From Vairimorpha necatrix (taxonomy: Eukaryota), in contig CP142729.1 in the NCBI GenBank assembly GCA_036630325.1, forward strand, positions 868,001 to 932,000: DNA of 64,000 bases, written 5' to 3'. Position 1 is the stretch's first letter. Every line of letters begins with the position of its first letter. The notes under the pieces are model-generated. The model saw nothing but the letters and a program-made list of their open reading frames with translations, searched no databases and was not told where the DNA came from. The translations under genes and the position numbers were made by a program. Below are positions 25,189-38,949 of this stretch, one piece after another.

Positions 25189-28100
25189 TGTCGTAGCCGA
25201 TCAAATACTGACCAATCATATTCGTACAAATGGACAGATTTGATTGGTTACAAAAAGTATTTAAAAACATTTCCAAAAGAGGGGATGGAAATTTCTAATA
25301 AAGTCATTGACATGGCGACGACGACAAACAATGTCAGCTATTACACAGGAAAGGCAGGGGAGGACATTAACACCTGGTTAAGAGACATCATGTTGCTAGG
25401 TGAAATATCCAGCTGGACCGAAAAGCAGTACAAAATAGTTTTTATCAGCAAACTTAAAGGAAAGGCTTTATCTTGGGCTTCACAAACATTAGTAGGGAAA
25501 ACAGAATTATTGTCAGTGGAAGAGATAATTACTGGTTTGAAGAAGAGATTTGGCTCATCCAGGAACAATGACATAACTTTAACCAGATTCTTAGCATTAA
25601 CAGTCCCAGAGACTAGAAAAGATTATTCACAGATGTTGCAGGAAGCAACAGTGATATACGAGCGAGCGCTTATCAACCTTGATGCGTTATGCCAAATGAT
25701 AATCAATAAATCGCCTATAGAGATCAAAGCTCTCTTATATCAGACCGCCACTACAGTTCAGACTTGGCAGGAATTCATGCAGAAAGCCGAAGAAATATCT
25801 TGGATCCCATATCCGGATAAGATGCTAGCTAGGACCGAGATTCACAACAACACGGGCAAAGGGCCCAACATTACAAACAACCACAAGAGAAGACGCAAAG
25901 AAAACAGGACTTACCAAAAATCACCGAGATATAACAATAAACACTGCACACTTCATGAAGAATGCAATCACTACACAAGGGATTGCAAAGTGCTAACTAA
26001 TATCCTCCAAAGGGAGAGAAACAATGTAAAAAGAAAAGGTATTAACGAGCTAGAGGAGTATAAAAGCGAAGAAGAAACGGCAATAAATAAAGAAAATGAA
26101 TTTTACTTGCATCGTTTAAAAAATAATTCTAATCCGTTTTTTGTCCAAAGCCGTATGTTTAATAAAAATATAAAAGCTTTATTGGATACTGGTGCCGATT
26201 TTTCTTGTATAGATTACAATGAAATCCCACTCGAAGAACGGAATAAGATCATAAAATATAATGGGGTGGTAAGAGGCATAGGTAAAGAAATTTTAAAAGT
26301 GGAAGGATACTTAAAAGACTGTACAATCAAAATTAACGGTAAACGTGTGAACTTCTCTCCCCTAATAATTAAAGACACTAAGTACACTATAGTAGGAGCA
26401 AACGTAATATGTAAGAACCGAAAACTAATTCTGGACATTTTAAACGCCCCAAATCGTGGAATAAATCAAATATCTAATCTCACGGAACACTCAGAAGAAA
26501 ATAGAATCTTTAAAGAATTCGAAGACGTATTAAAAACCGAAATAGGAGACTATAATCTCTGCACTGCGGGAAAACATCGAATACTGACAAACAGCACTAA
26601 GATCATTTGTCAAAGAAATGGAAGAATCCCAATAACACAAGAGGAAGCTGTCAACGACGAAATAAGCAAACCATTAAAGCTTGGCATACTAAGGGAAAGC
26701 ATGAGTCCTTGGCGCAGTAGAATACTTATGGTACCAACCCCCGATAAAACATGGAGAATGTGCGTCGACTATAGAGGGCTTAACAGTATAACTATAAAAT
26801 ATGCATATATGACTCCAAGAATAGACGAAATATTTGACAGTTTATCAAATGCGACTATTTTTACAATATTGGACGCTACGAGCGAGTTTCACCAAATACC
26901 CTTACAAGAAGAAGAAGATAAAGAAAAAACAGCATTCTCATATAGGGGACGACTATACGAATTTAATCGTATGCCTTTCGGTCTTTGCAACGTCCCGGCA
27001 ACTTTTCAAAGAGCAATGGACAATATATTTAGAAAAGAAAACCACAATTTCGTGATACCATATTTAGACGACATAATAGTATATTCAAAAAATAAAGAAG
27101 ATCATATGAAACACGTGAAGATAGTACTAGGAAAAATTAGAGCCGCAAATCTATCGCTGAATAAAAATAAGTGTAAGTTTTTTAGATCCGAAATAAAGAT
27201 TTTGGGAAATGTAATAGGACACGGAATTATAAAGATAGATGAAACGCGTATCAAAGATATACAAGCATATCCGATTCCTTCTACTATAAAGGAATTGAGA
27301 AGTTTTTTAGGAATAGCAAATTATTGTAGAGATTTTGTGAAAAAAATGGCGGAAATCACGGGTTCTTTGTATGACATACTCAAAGGCGAAAAGCAGACGT
27401 CGAATAAAAAAATAACCCTTACTGATGAGCAACTAGATACATTTAAAATTGTAAAAAAAGTATTAAGCCAGAATACCATACGTACACAGCCAAATTTTCA
27501 TGCTCCCTTTATATTAGTGACAGGCGCGTCTGAAACGGGGATTGGAGCAGTACTTTTACAAAAGAATAAATGAGGAAATGAAAAGATGATAGCTGCATTC
27601 AGCAAGAGACTTGATAATTGCAAAAAGAACTATTCGGCAACCGATAAAGAACTCCTTGGTTTAGTAAAAGGGATAGAACATTTTAGGCGTTATCTTTTGG
27701 GAAATAAGTTTACACTAAGAACAGATCATAAAGCTTTGATCTACCTATGGACAGTAAAAGACCCGACAAGTAGGATTCTCAGGTGGGCCCTTAAACTAGC
27801 GGAATACAATTTTGAACTTGAATATATAAAAGGAGAACATAATATAGCGGATGGTTTTAGTAGAATCAATCAAGAGCATGAAACGTGTAACATCAATGCA
27901 CACCAGTTAGCGAATAATACCAAAAATATACTAGAAGAGTACCACAAGATTTCGGGACATGGATCGCCAAATACCATGAAATTCATGATCGCACAGACAT
28001 ACAAATGGAAAAACATGCATCAAGATATATCCCAATTCGTAAACAATTGTGAAACGTGTTTACGCTCTGGATACAAACGCGTGAAAACGAAAAATAAGGT

Positions 28101-29046
28101 TATACTCTCTGAAAGACACCCAACTAGCTATGGGAATTCGATCTTTTAGGTAGACTCTCTGACAGCAATGGAAGTGGATATATATTCGTTGCAATCGATC
28201 ATTATTCGAAGTGGATAGAGGCCAAGATTTTACGAAGTAAAAAGGGTTCTGAAATATATGATGCGATCGAAGAACACTTCATTAGTAAACATGAAATACC
28301 CGAGAGAGTCTTGACAGACAACGGGTTAGAATTTGACAATTCAGAAGTACAATCACTAGCGAATAAATATAATATATCATGGGAATTTTGTTCCTTATAC
28401 CATCATCAAACCACAGGCGCCGTCGAAAGGGTCATACAGACATTAGCGAACAAAATAAGAAAATTATCGAATTATGGCAAACTTAGCTGGAGAAAGGTCG
28501 TTAAAGAAGCCACCTTGGCAGTTAATTTATCTTTTAATCGATCAATAGGAACTTCTCCGTATATATTAAGATTTGGTCAGCAAATAAAAACAGCTGTAGA
28601 CGAGAAAATGGGCGTTACTCCTAAGACCTATACTAGGCAAGAGTTATTACGAAAACGAGACCTAAACTTGTGAAAAAAACAGTAAGGCTATCGTCAAAGG
28701 GAAAATGGAGATAAAAGAAAAGCTTAAGGTTGGCGAAAACGTTTTAATATATAGAGATTATCCAGGGGGAGGTAAATTGGAAGCTAAATGGATACCAGGC
28801 TACATCATAATCAAAATTTTAAGCGAAGATGCATTTCTAGTAAAAAGAAGAAATACTTTGGGGGAACTGAGAGTCAATAAAAGTCATATTAAAAAGGATA
28901 CGTCAAAGACTAATTGAGGGGGTGTCGTAGCCGATCAAATACTGACCAATCATATTCGTACAAATGGACAGATTTGATTGGCTACAAAAAGTATTTAAAA
29001 ACATTTCCAATAGAGGGGATGGAAAATTCTAATAAAGTTATTGACA
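25189..29046 (+). mobile_element. Ty3/gypsy LTR retrotransposon C (3.86 kb)
   Basis: 124-bp LTRs (25189-25312, 28923-29046; 4 mismatches by eye). TSD CTTAT. PBS TGGCGACG. PPT GAGGGGG. Confidence 0.96.
25285..28917 (+). pseudogene. Gag-Pol of element C, disrupted
   Basis: LDTGA, YLDD, RNase H (catalytic D appears as G in VTGASE) and integrase. In-frame TGA at 27571-27573, frameshift near 28120, further stop at 28671. Confidence 0.9.
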
Positions 29047-29372
29047 CTTATCATGCACTTTTATGTAAGAAATAGTCAACAATGGTGATAATGTTTCTGG
29101 CCTTAAAGTGCGTTTCTACTCTATATGCTAATTCCCTCTTGGCTAGACATATACAAGTTTCTTTGAATCAACTTAATGATTATCGTAAATATTTATATCG
29201 TCTGAGTTGTTTCAACTGCATCATAGAAAATAAAAACAATTTCGGTGCCCCCGGGATTCGAACCAAGACATTTCTTAATTGAAGCATCATATTATACTAC
29301 TGCCTAAGCGCACCTTTAGAATTATTACCATTAACGATATACTTTGGAAATTATATAATCTACATTTTTTAT

Positions 29373-30892
29373 TTAGAGCCTCTTTACAGTTAGCTTATTA
29401 ATAAGCTCCAGTTGAAACAGTTTCCGAGCTAGTTCATAGCTGTATATTCCAAAATTCTTCAGAAACTCTGTCAAATTGTAAGATATATACAAGGCGGGAT
29501 CTAGGTCAAAACAGAGCAAATAAATATTACGCGCTTCTTCATACAAAACTTCTTCAGCAATGACTCTTAAACCAATGTAAAGTATATATGGATCTAAAAC
29601 TTCGTTTATAAGATCACAATTGCAACACTCCAATTCTTCAAAACAATTTTAAAGGAGAGTTAGATGTCAACTGGTCGTTATTACATTTTAAATATTTTTT
29701 ATTGCGTCAGTTTAATTACCATACGTCATAACATGGGCCGTAATTGTGACAAAATACCATGGCAATTATATTAACATCAACAGCCCATCAAATAGTACAG
29801 AAGCTTACATCCAAATGAGATTTATAAAGAAGACAACAGAGTGCATCTCCTTTGAAACCGGCAGGACTCGGGAAGGAGGATCTGGAACTAAGTACATAGT
29901 AGAGGAGCTAGAAGGTGGTGTAACCAGATAGAGTACACGGCAGTTGAGGCGAATTGAAGAAAAAACCACAATAATAGCTCAAAAATAAATTATATTGCAT
30001 CGGGATTTCTTCTTTAATATCGTGCCACTTGTAAGATCTAGCAGCAAGAATATTCTGCTTGCTGGGAACCATAGATTTTTTTGAGATCTTTGAACACATC
30101 TATGTGTTCTCGGTGATCTCATATATATGCGCAATCTGAAGGTTGACACCATCATTTAAAGAATCAAACTTTACTAATGGTCCTAAAATTTTGAAAACTC
30201 CGAGCGCCTCTGTAAATTTTCTCTCCTTTTTGTAACAGATCCCTATTCTGTACATAATTTTGAGTACTTTCGGGAGTTTCACGTCGGCAGATAGGATTAG
30301 GATAAACCACTCCGGGACAAAACAAAGTTTTTTAAAAGATCGTAATTAATCGTAGACCCTAGAAGAGGAATACATCATACTACGATGTATATAATATGAT
30401 AAAAAATTATCGTAGGCTTCTACGTCCTGACCCGTCTTTTACAAAATATGCCCTTCTAAAATAGTGGCACATATTTGTTTCGGGTCCACGGATCTAATTT
30501 TATCTACAATCTCTTTTGTTAATTCTAAATTGTCCTGTTGCAAGAAGCATTTCCCAAGAACGTAGAGAGAATTTATGTTCTTGGGATTGACCAATAATGC
30601 TTCATTACAACATTTAGTGGACTCCCGTATGTTAAGATATATCTTATTTTTATAGCTTCGAACCTTCTTACTTATTTCAAGGTTTTCGAATGCAATTTCC
30701 ATTTGTGAGTAATTGGCTTGCTTTGTAATACAAAACCTGTGTTAAAGGCGTCTTTATATACATTTGGTACTTTTTAACCAGTACTTTATTTGGTAATTTT
30801 CTTTTTGGGCATTTTTGTTCAATTGTTGTATTTTGTCCTTTTCCAATCGAAAAGCAGGGGCTAAAAAAAAGAAATTTTTTTAGAAAGTTCAT
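29373..30892 (-). pseudogene. TPR-repeat protein pseudogene, copy B (most complete; Ssn6/Cyc8-like)
   Basis: TPR-like segments CCNEALLVNPKNINSLYVLGKCF and IMYRIGICYKKERKFTEALGVFKIL...NLQIAHIYE. Several stops and frameshifts. The Cyc8 resemblance is from memory, not a search. Confidence 0.7.
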
Positions 30893-31091
30893 TGATCTGT
30901 TTGACAGATCAATAGTGTTACTCTTTAGTCAAAAAATCTTTCAAAGATGTCGGTTAAATTATCTAAATAGAAACAACGTAGGATTCCACGCATTTTTTGT
31001 ATATATTCAACAAGTCGCTAGTCTATCCAATTGAAAGATACATGAGAAAACCCAATTGATTTTGGGAACAATACTCTGATATAAAAAAATC

Positions 31092-32198
31092 GGTGCATCT
31101 TTAGTAACGTGCCGGAAGGTAACACCCCCCTTACAAAAAAAAATTTAACAAAATTTTGAAAAAAATATGAAAACGATATAAAAATGCTTATTTAATTCAG
31201 TAGTTTAAATAAAAGATCAACAAACCCCTTATATAAGTCTCCCATATCATCTTCTCGAAGTATAAATTTCCTATACATAAATTCATCGAGCCATGTATCT
31301 ATCTCCGACCGTTTTACTCCATGTTCTTTGGTCATTTCAGACTTAAGTTAGACCATACGTTCTCAATATTATTTGTATGAATACCATCAGGAGATAAAAA
31401 ACCTATAGAATGATTAACAACTTGATAACTTAGACATAAATTTTCTGCCACCCCGGAATAACTAGGATGACCATCGCTATGTAAAACCGAACCTACACCA
31501 ATTCTTCCCTCTAGAGAAGCAGTAAGGCACTCAATGGTTCTATTCTCTATCCTCGTAATGTAGAAGTTTGAAGGATTTTGAGCATCTATTATGCCCAAAA
31601 TACAAACGGTGTCCCTTATAAAGTCGTCCGAAGAGGTAGGAGATCTTATTTTACCCCCTCTGCATATAACAGACTCATCTACTTGAACGACTTGCCCGGG
31701 TCCTCCGATTATAATTCTATTCTTTAGTATATATTTATAGATCTTTCGGAGGCTGCTTTTTACGGCAGAGATTGTAGCTGTTGAAACGCCTAATCTTGCC
31801 ATCAACTGAAAGTAAGAATATCTGCATAATATTCCAAATACAAGGTCACAGAATGTTTGAAGAGGGACCTTGCATCCTTATTACCAGCCAGCCCGCACTG
31901 CATTTGTAGTTCGAACAGCGATATGCTACTCTTGTAACGATTTCTTCCTTGACAGGACCCAATCTCATGTTACATCCACATTTTGAACATGATTTTTGCT
32001 CCTTCAGCACTTCTAATTCAATTAAAGCTTCTAAACAGGCGTCAACGTTATGGAAAAGCCTTTGTATATACACAAGTTTCATTTTTGTGCTTTTCTTTAG
32101 TAACGTGCCGGAGTTTTCTAAATCGACGTTTTCCATTTTAGGGGTAAAAAAATATTTTTTAAAAAAACAAAATCCGGGCACGTTACTAAAGATGCACC
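31092..32198 (-). mobile_element. Merlin transposon M6 (same family as M1), frameshifted
   Basis: Same TIR as 391-1504. TSD AAAAAATC (31084-31091 / 32199-32206). Paralogous empty site at ~16450-16470. Confidence 0.95.
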
Positions 32199-32693
32199 AA
32201 AAAATCAAGTATGTAAAAAGAAACTTGAAATTGTTTAACACATTTTTTTTGTATTTTATTATAAGTCAACCCCAAATTTACATCTATTCATATTGTATTT
32301 CTTTTTGTAAAAATCATACATCCATATTTTAAACTTCTCCTGTCTGAGTGCAACTCTTTATAACATATGAACAAATAAACATAAAACTCGTTTTTAGCAA
32401 TATTAATTTTTGTCAAATTTCAAATAAAATCCTTTTATTAAGGAGTTTAAATAGTCGACTGGGTATTTTTAAGAATAAAAAAGTTAACTAATTAATCTGT
32501 TGAAATTTAAACTAATTCTTTTTTTTTTGACCTCAAATATCCAGAGTTACGAGTATAGTTACGAATAGGCGTTCTTTTCTTATCTTGGACCAATGTTTCA
32601 AGCACGTTACATTTTTATCAATATAACTAAATGATCAATTCAGTTTTTATGTAGACTTAAAATTTGATTTTCGTTCGTATTAATATTTGTTAA

Positions 32694-33454
32694 TTTTTTT
32701 AACTTTGCGAGTAAGGCGTATAGATCATAGGTATTTGGGTTTTATCCTTATCAAACAGATTTAGTAAGATTCTTACTTACTATAATTTGTCATAAAACAT
32801 CATTGCAAATTGTTAAGCCGTATACATGGATTTTAGACAAAGAGAACATTTAAATATATGCATCAAATCTCGTCAAGGACGATTTCGCAGCAGATATACT
32901 TAACGGCCATGAGTGTAATAGCTTGAGAGAGACATCATTGTATTATCTCAATGATCTCTACATAATCTATATCGCATATACGACTCTTTACACCGCCACA
33001 TCATTAACTCTGCATTTTTTATTGGACTGCTTTGATTCGAAACGTACACTAGTTACGGCCACCGTGCTTCAGAATATTAGTATAGGAAACTACTAGACCA
33101 TCTATCGCCTTACTTCGTCTAGTCTTTAGTGAGCTCTAGGACCCCACTCTAGAGTGCACCAATTATAGCCCTTAACTATGCCGTACCCATCAGATACTTT
33201 TATGTATCATTAAGTCACCACATGTGGTGGGATCCTGTTTTAGGTCTTCAGGTGCGTTTATACACTAGATTCTAATCCCTTTGTGGCTGGACACACTAAG
33301 TCGCATGAATCAACTTAATGATCATCGTTGGCATTTTCATCGTCTGAGTTTTTCCATTGCATCATAGAAAGAGAATCGTTTTGGTGCCCCTAAGTATCAA
33401 ATCAAGCCATTGCTAAATTCAAGCATCGCCATCGACCACTGGGCTAAGGTTGCC
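32694..33454 (-). mobile_element. SINE copy C (old)
   Basis: Alignable by eye to copy 1 over its whole length, including the tRNA-like head at ~33382-33454. Confidence 0.8.
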
Positions 33455-33699
33455 CGCAAGAATTTCAGAAAGGAAGGAAACTGGGCTCAACAGAATCCTA
33501 TATTTCAAGATAATGATTTTGCAATAGACTTTCGAATAAATTTAGATGAAATAATGCCCAACAGCTTATGTATTTAAAATCATGTTTAGGTAACATGTCC
33601 GTGCTATAATTATTTTCTCAATTTATGAGAAAAAGAACATATGTATTGAAAAATTCAAAAAAAATAATAATTAAGAAAAACACTTGATTATAGATTAAC

Positions 33700-34330
33700 C
33701 ATCGAATTTTAGAAGATTCTGAAAGGTTTATCTGCGGGTATTTTCTTACTTAAACTATAAAGCTAGTTTATATCTTCAAAATAGCCGAGTCAACATATAT
33801 TTAAAAAAAAATAATTTTTGGATATTCTAAGCAAGACTTCTTGAAAATAAAAAATATAGGAAGAAAATATACGGGTTAAAGTCGCTGAAACTATCATATT
33901 AAATGGCTTAGAAATTGTCAATCTGTCTTCATAGAAGACGATACTACTAAAATACAATTGATACTTGGAGGAGTCGAAGAGGTGATTGAACGAAATTTAT
34001 GTTACATTAATTCCTAACGGAAAACACGAAACTTTGCAAGTAGAGTTTAAAAACGCATACTTATGTGAACTATTATTGTTACTGATGGATATACATCATA
34101 CACTAATGCCGTGGATAATTTTGGATTAAAGCATAAAATAGTAAATCATAGGAAGAATTTGAAAACAACGAAGGTGGAGATACAAATAAGATTGAAAATT
34201 ATAGTTTATACTTAAGATACGATTATAGAAAAAGCCGTGGAACAAATCATGATCGTATCAATAAATTTTTAGAAGATTTTTCTTGACGCAACAGACGTTG
34301 TCAATATAGAAAATTTTTTTCTATTCCTAG
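33700..34330 (+). pseudogene. Decayed Merlin transposase
   Basis: Fragments ILGGVEE, IIVTDGYTSY...HKIVNH and GGDTNKIEN. Termini not resolved. Confidence 0.6.
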
Positions 34331-34373
34331 TGCCCCTTCTTTATTTTTGCAAAAATGTCTAGTAACTAATTAT

Positions 34374-35407
34374 GTCCAATATCAGAATTAGTGTAAAAAA
34401 ATAGGGAGTCAAGATTTTTAAAAAATTGCCCCTTTTCTAAAAAAGAAAGGGAAGTTAAGCAATGAGGAAATCAAAACTTTTATATATATAGCAAACAAAC
34501 AATACTACCAGAAAAGTATAAAATGAGGTTGGTAAAGAAGAGTATCAAATGAAACCGCCCTTGAGGTGTAAGGCTGCAAAATGTAAAACATAATTTTCAA
34601 TTTGGAATCATACTGTATTTGCATACAATTAAGCAGAATATTTACTTTTGTTATAAATAGTAAATTTCTGGATTTTAGAAATAAAAATAATTAATATATT
34701 AAGAATTTCGGAAAGTAACATACAAAAATTAAGTTTTCCCTAGAAGTTATATAAATTAAAAATTCATGAGAAGCGTATATATAATATAAAGCGGATAAAA
34801 GAGAAATTTTTTATAGTAGAGAAAGATGAGAGTAAAATCGTCAAAATTAAATATCGTAGGGTGAGGCTTGTTAAGGGGGTTTGGTGTTTCGGAATTGTAA
34901 AAAAACCGAAGCAAAGGAGATAGTCCTCGTAATAAATAATAAAAGAAACAAAGATACATTGTTTTCCATCGTGCTTAAATTGGTAAATCTCTATATATCA
35001 TCCATTCGGTTATATGGAAGGCATATATACTTTAAGAAATTATTATGCGGACCTTATAACTGTAAATCATAGTCGAACATATAAACAGAGTTACAGATGT
35101 TCATATAAACATCATCAAAAAATATTAAGAACCTTTTATGCTCATATACCCAATAAAAGTAAGACATACGAACTTGCCGAAATTTATTAACTCTATATAT
35201 GATTAAAAAAAATGAGAGAAATGACACTTTTAAAGTATTATTAATATTAAATTTATAATTTGTATATAATTAAATGATATTTAATTACATTTTTATTTAA
35301 TACAAGTTGGTTTTTTTTTTGAAGTTTCTCTTTCTTTCTTTTTTTAAAAAAGGACAATTTATTTAAAATTTTGATCCCTCTTTTTTACGCTTATGCTGAT
35401 ATTAGAC
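34374..35407 (+). mobile_element. Decayed Merlin element with ~75-bp imperfect TIRs
   Basis: GTCCAATATCAGAATTAGTGTAAAAAA... pairs with ...TTTTTTACGCTTATGCTGATATTAGAC. Remnants KYRRVRLVKGVWCFGIV and TVNHS resemble M5. Confidence 0.7.
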
Positions 35408-35767
35408 TTAAATGTCTGTTTAATAATTTTTTTAGATGGATGAGACGAATTTTTCAATAGGGACAATTATTTTACACATTAGCAATTGGCAAAGCTTTAA
35501 ATCGCAATCTCTTTATACGTTTCTGATTTTTGTTCTTTAGTTTTTTACTACGATTCTTTAATTCTTTATTCAAAACAAATATAATTTTTAATATAGTCTT
35601 TTTTTTAGTCCATATTATCCCATAAATACTGAAGATCGTTTAAATTTTTATTATCGCATAATGCGGTCATTTAGTAATAGTTTTAGAAAAAAATTTTACA
35701 CGAAATTATTGAACAAATAAAATTTTTTGTGACTCAATAATATCAAAAGTATTTTTTTCGTAATAGC

Positions 35768-38543
35768 TGACGTTATTACTGGGGACTTTACCAATTTTAA
35801 AATACATTTCTAAACAATTGTTTATTAAAGGCTCTTTTGGACTGTATTGGTCTTTGTTTGTTTGTTCTTGTCATTGCTTTGCTGATGACTTTTCTTCTTG
35901 TAGCTCATGCCCTTCTTTTCAAAAATAAACATTTATAAAAAATAAAATTCTAGAAAATTCATTTTTTCTAGAAAAAGTTTTTATCAGAAAAAATGACTCT
36001 CTTAACATGTGGATAATACCACAGTCTGCCTCTACTAGAACTTTAGATAATTGACGTGAAACTTTTATTCCCCTTTAACCTGGCCCATATCCTTTCTTAC
36101 TAACCGCTTCAATTCTTCGTAATTTTGTAAACTTATATCCAAGCTTATCAGGATTTAATAAGCGTTCTCGGCAGAAACCTCCCACTTTAGCTATCTGTAT
36201 AGTATTTGTTGCACTATAAGGATATTTATATGATATTGGTCTTCGCATAGGATCCTATAAATTCTCATAATACTCAAATAATTTATAAGGCACTTCTCTC
36301 TTGATGATCTCATATGATAAATCCTTGACACTTCTATTTGTGTACTGAATGACGGCATTTTTATAGAATCATTTTCCTGCTTAATATCGAAGACTTTAAG
36401 AATATTCGACTTCAGATCTAATTTATAGAAATCATTTATACTGGAACTTAGAGACAAAACTTTATCATGTAAGGAATTATTAGAATCATTCTTAGACTTC
36501 TTCTCTACATTTTTATCAGAAGACATAGTAGACACTTTATTAGGGCGCTTAGTCTCTTTTATTAGACTCTTGTTTTCAATCTCTTATAGAGAACTTTTCC
36601 TAGATTTCTTCTTTTCTTGTAGTGAGCTGTCAAATTTCTCATCTTTATTTTCATCTTTAATTGAACTTTTGTTATTTTGTTAGTAGAGACCAACAAATAT
36701 ATTTGTCTTTTCATCTTCGCTAACAATACATGACTTATTTTCTAAATATTTATCTAGTCGTTCTCCAGCTTCTTCCTCCATTCCTTGAATTTCTAATAAT
36801 ATCTTATCGATTTCTACCACTCCTGCTTGATAGTCAACTTTCGCGTTAACATTGTGGAAGAAATCGTTGCCCAGGATGAAGTTAACAGGAGCCTGTTCTA
36901 ATACGTAAAAGCTAGTGTTAAAGGCCCTATCCTTTTGAATAATTCTACATTAACCTTTTTATCGCATTTTAAGGTTGTATTGTTTCCAAAAATTGTTTTA
37001 GCCTTTGGCCTTTGACGACTTGTAATTTCAGTCGATTCACTTCTTCTTTATTAAAATAATATTTTTTTGATCCGCTGTCTACTTGAATCTCAACCTTTTG
37101 ATTATTTATTGTTACTTCCACTATAACATCTTCAATTATTTTTTTTCTTAATTTAATTGTCACACGACATCCTTCCAATCCCTCTAAAGATATAGAAGAG
37201 CTATAGACACGAATCTCTCAGTCGAACTGTCAAATGACTGGGATGCTCTTTGTTTACGATGGCTCATCGTAAACAAATAATAAACAAAATATAAAGTGTT
37301 TAGAAACGCCAAAACACTCGAAATATGCTAACTTCTATTATTCCATAATTATCCCGCCTTTTCTTGAAAGATGAAAGGGCGGGAAAATAAAACTATAAAA
37401 AGAGATTATTTCTAGCCCTTCACCGAGATATGAAAGAGCAGAATTACGATAAACAATTTACTAAAAAATCTTATTTAGACACACCGAGCAGCCAGGGAGG
37501 CAGCCCGTGTCACATTAATATTCATATTTTTGTCAGGTTTATAATACTTTCTTGTCTTTGTTTATTTTATATTTTGTTGCAAGGAGCAATGTTTCGTATC
37601 GTGGAAAAGTTACTCTTATGAAAACTACACCAATTCTTCTCATTTAAGTTACCAGCTTCTGAGTTATAGTTCGAATCATTTGATTTAGCTTTTGACTCAT
37701 GTTTATTATAAATTCGTTTTCAACTTGAATTAGATATTCATAAATTTCATTTATAAATCTATTAATCATATTCAAACGCGTTAATTCCAAATGCGTGAAA
37801 TTGCTCAATTCCTTTAAAAATAATTCTTATTTTTTATTTTAGGTCTCCTTCTTAGTGAGACTATTGTAGTAATTATATGCTAAAAGTCTTTCTCTTACAA
37901 TCTCCTCATACTTTTAATGGTACTATAATTGGCTTGATTAATAGCATCTAAATACCTGATGCCTTGTCTCTTTCGCTCAGGCGGATAAATTATATCTAAT
38001 GGCCTTTTTCTAAGAAATAAATACGAGTTACATGTAAGAGCTTCTTTTCTTTCATCGTATTTGCAAAAAGTATATATGGCCATTTGTTCATCTTTCCCTT
38101 TTTTTGCTTTTCCTAATTCTTCAAACTTAGAAGTTGTTTAATTGTGAACTGAGTTTTGATATCGTATATTTTTAATATTTTTTCTTTACACTTTATAGTG
38201 TTATCTATTTTGTTCTTTTCGAATTCAGTATACCCATCTTCTATAATGTTTCCTGGGTTACTGTTAACGTTTAACTCGTTGAATTCAACTTGATGTTATC
38301 ACTGGGGACTTTGCCTAGTTTAAAATACATTTCTAAATAATTGTATATTAAAGGCTCTTTTAGCCTGTATTGGTCTTTGTTTGTTTGTTCTTGTCATTGC
38401 TTTGCTGATGACTTTTCTTCTTGTAGCTCATGCCCTTCTTTTTAAAAATAAACATTTATAAAAAATAAAATAGAAAATTCATTTTTTCTAGAAAAAGTTT
38501 TTATCAGAAAAATTGATTTTCTTGACATGTGGATAATATCACA
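35768..38543 (-). mobile_element. Non-autonomous LTR element E (Gag-protease plus RT stub), related to B
   Basis: ~255-bp LTRs 35768-36023 and 38291-38543. TSD ATAGC on the left; the right copy is decayed here but intact in the paralog at 63879-63883. PPT TAGTAGAGGCAGAC. Protease VDSGS near 37070. No YxDD, RNase H or integrase seen. Confidence 0.85.
37158..37514. mobile_element. Solo LTR (357 bp) inserted in element E
   Basis: Ends TGTCACACG...CGTGTCACA. 5-bp TSD TTAAT (37153-37157 / 37515-37519). Internal 13-bp-stem hairpin at 37249-37277. Confidence 0.75.
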
Positions 38544-38949
38544 ATGCAAATACGCTTTTTTGAATATAAGAAATACAGGCTTTCATTTGGCATATAAATT
38601 TTAAAGTACAATATTTTTTATTAATTTTCTTCATATTTCTCATTCTCTAGTCTTACTTTGATAAAAAGCTTTTCAAGATCTACCGAAATCCGCCATAAGT
38701 CTATGCGTAAAATAATAGTAGAGGCCATTCTTAATTTTATATTTCTTATGACAATACTCTATTGGACACTTAAATGGCTTCACCATTTTTTGTTTCTCTT
38801 CTGAGTAATAGTTAGTATGATAATTTAAACCATTCAAACTTGTAAGCTTTGATTTGCAAAATGTGCAATCCTATTCCCACTTGTTTCTCTTTCTTACATT
38901 AGATTTCTCATTATATGTGGTATCTCACCGCCTTTCTTACTTCTTTTGT

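Larger units (their letters stand above)
24692..29314 (-). mobile_element. SINE copy B (old), split by gypsy element C
   Basis: Diverged body at 24692-25188 and 29052-29240. Head GGTGCGC...GGTTCGAATCCC...GGGCACC at ~29243-29314. Confidence 0.8.
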
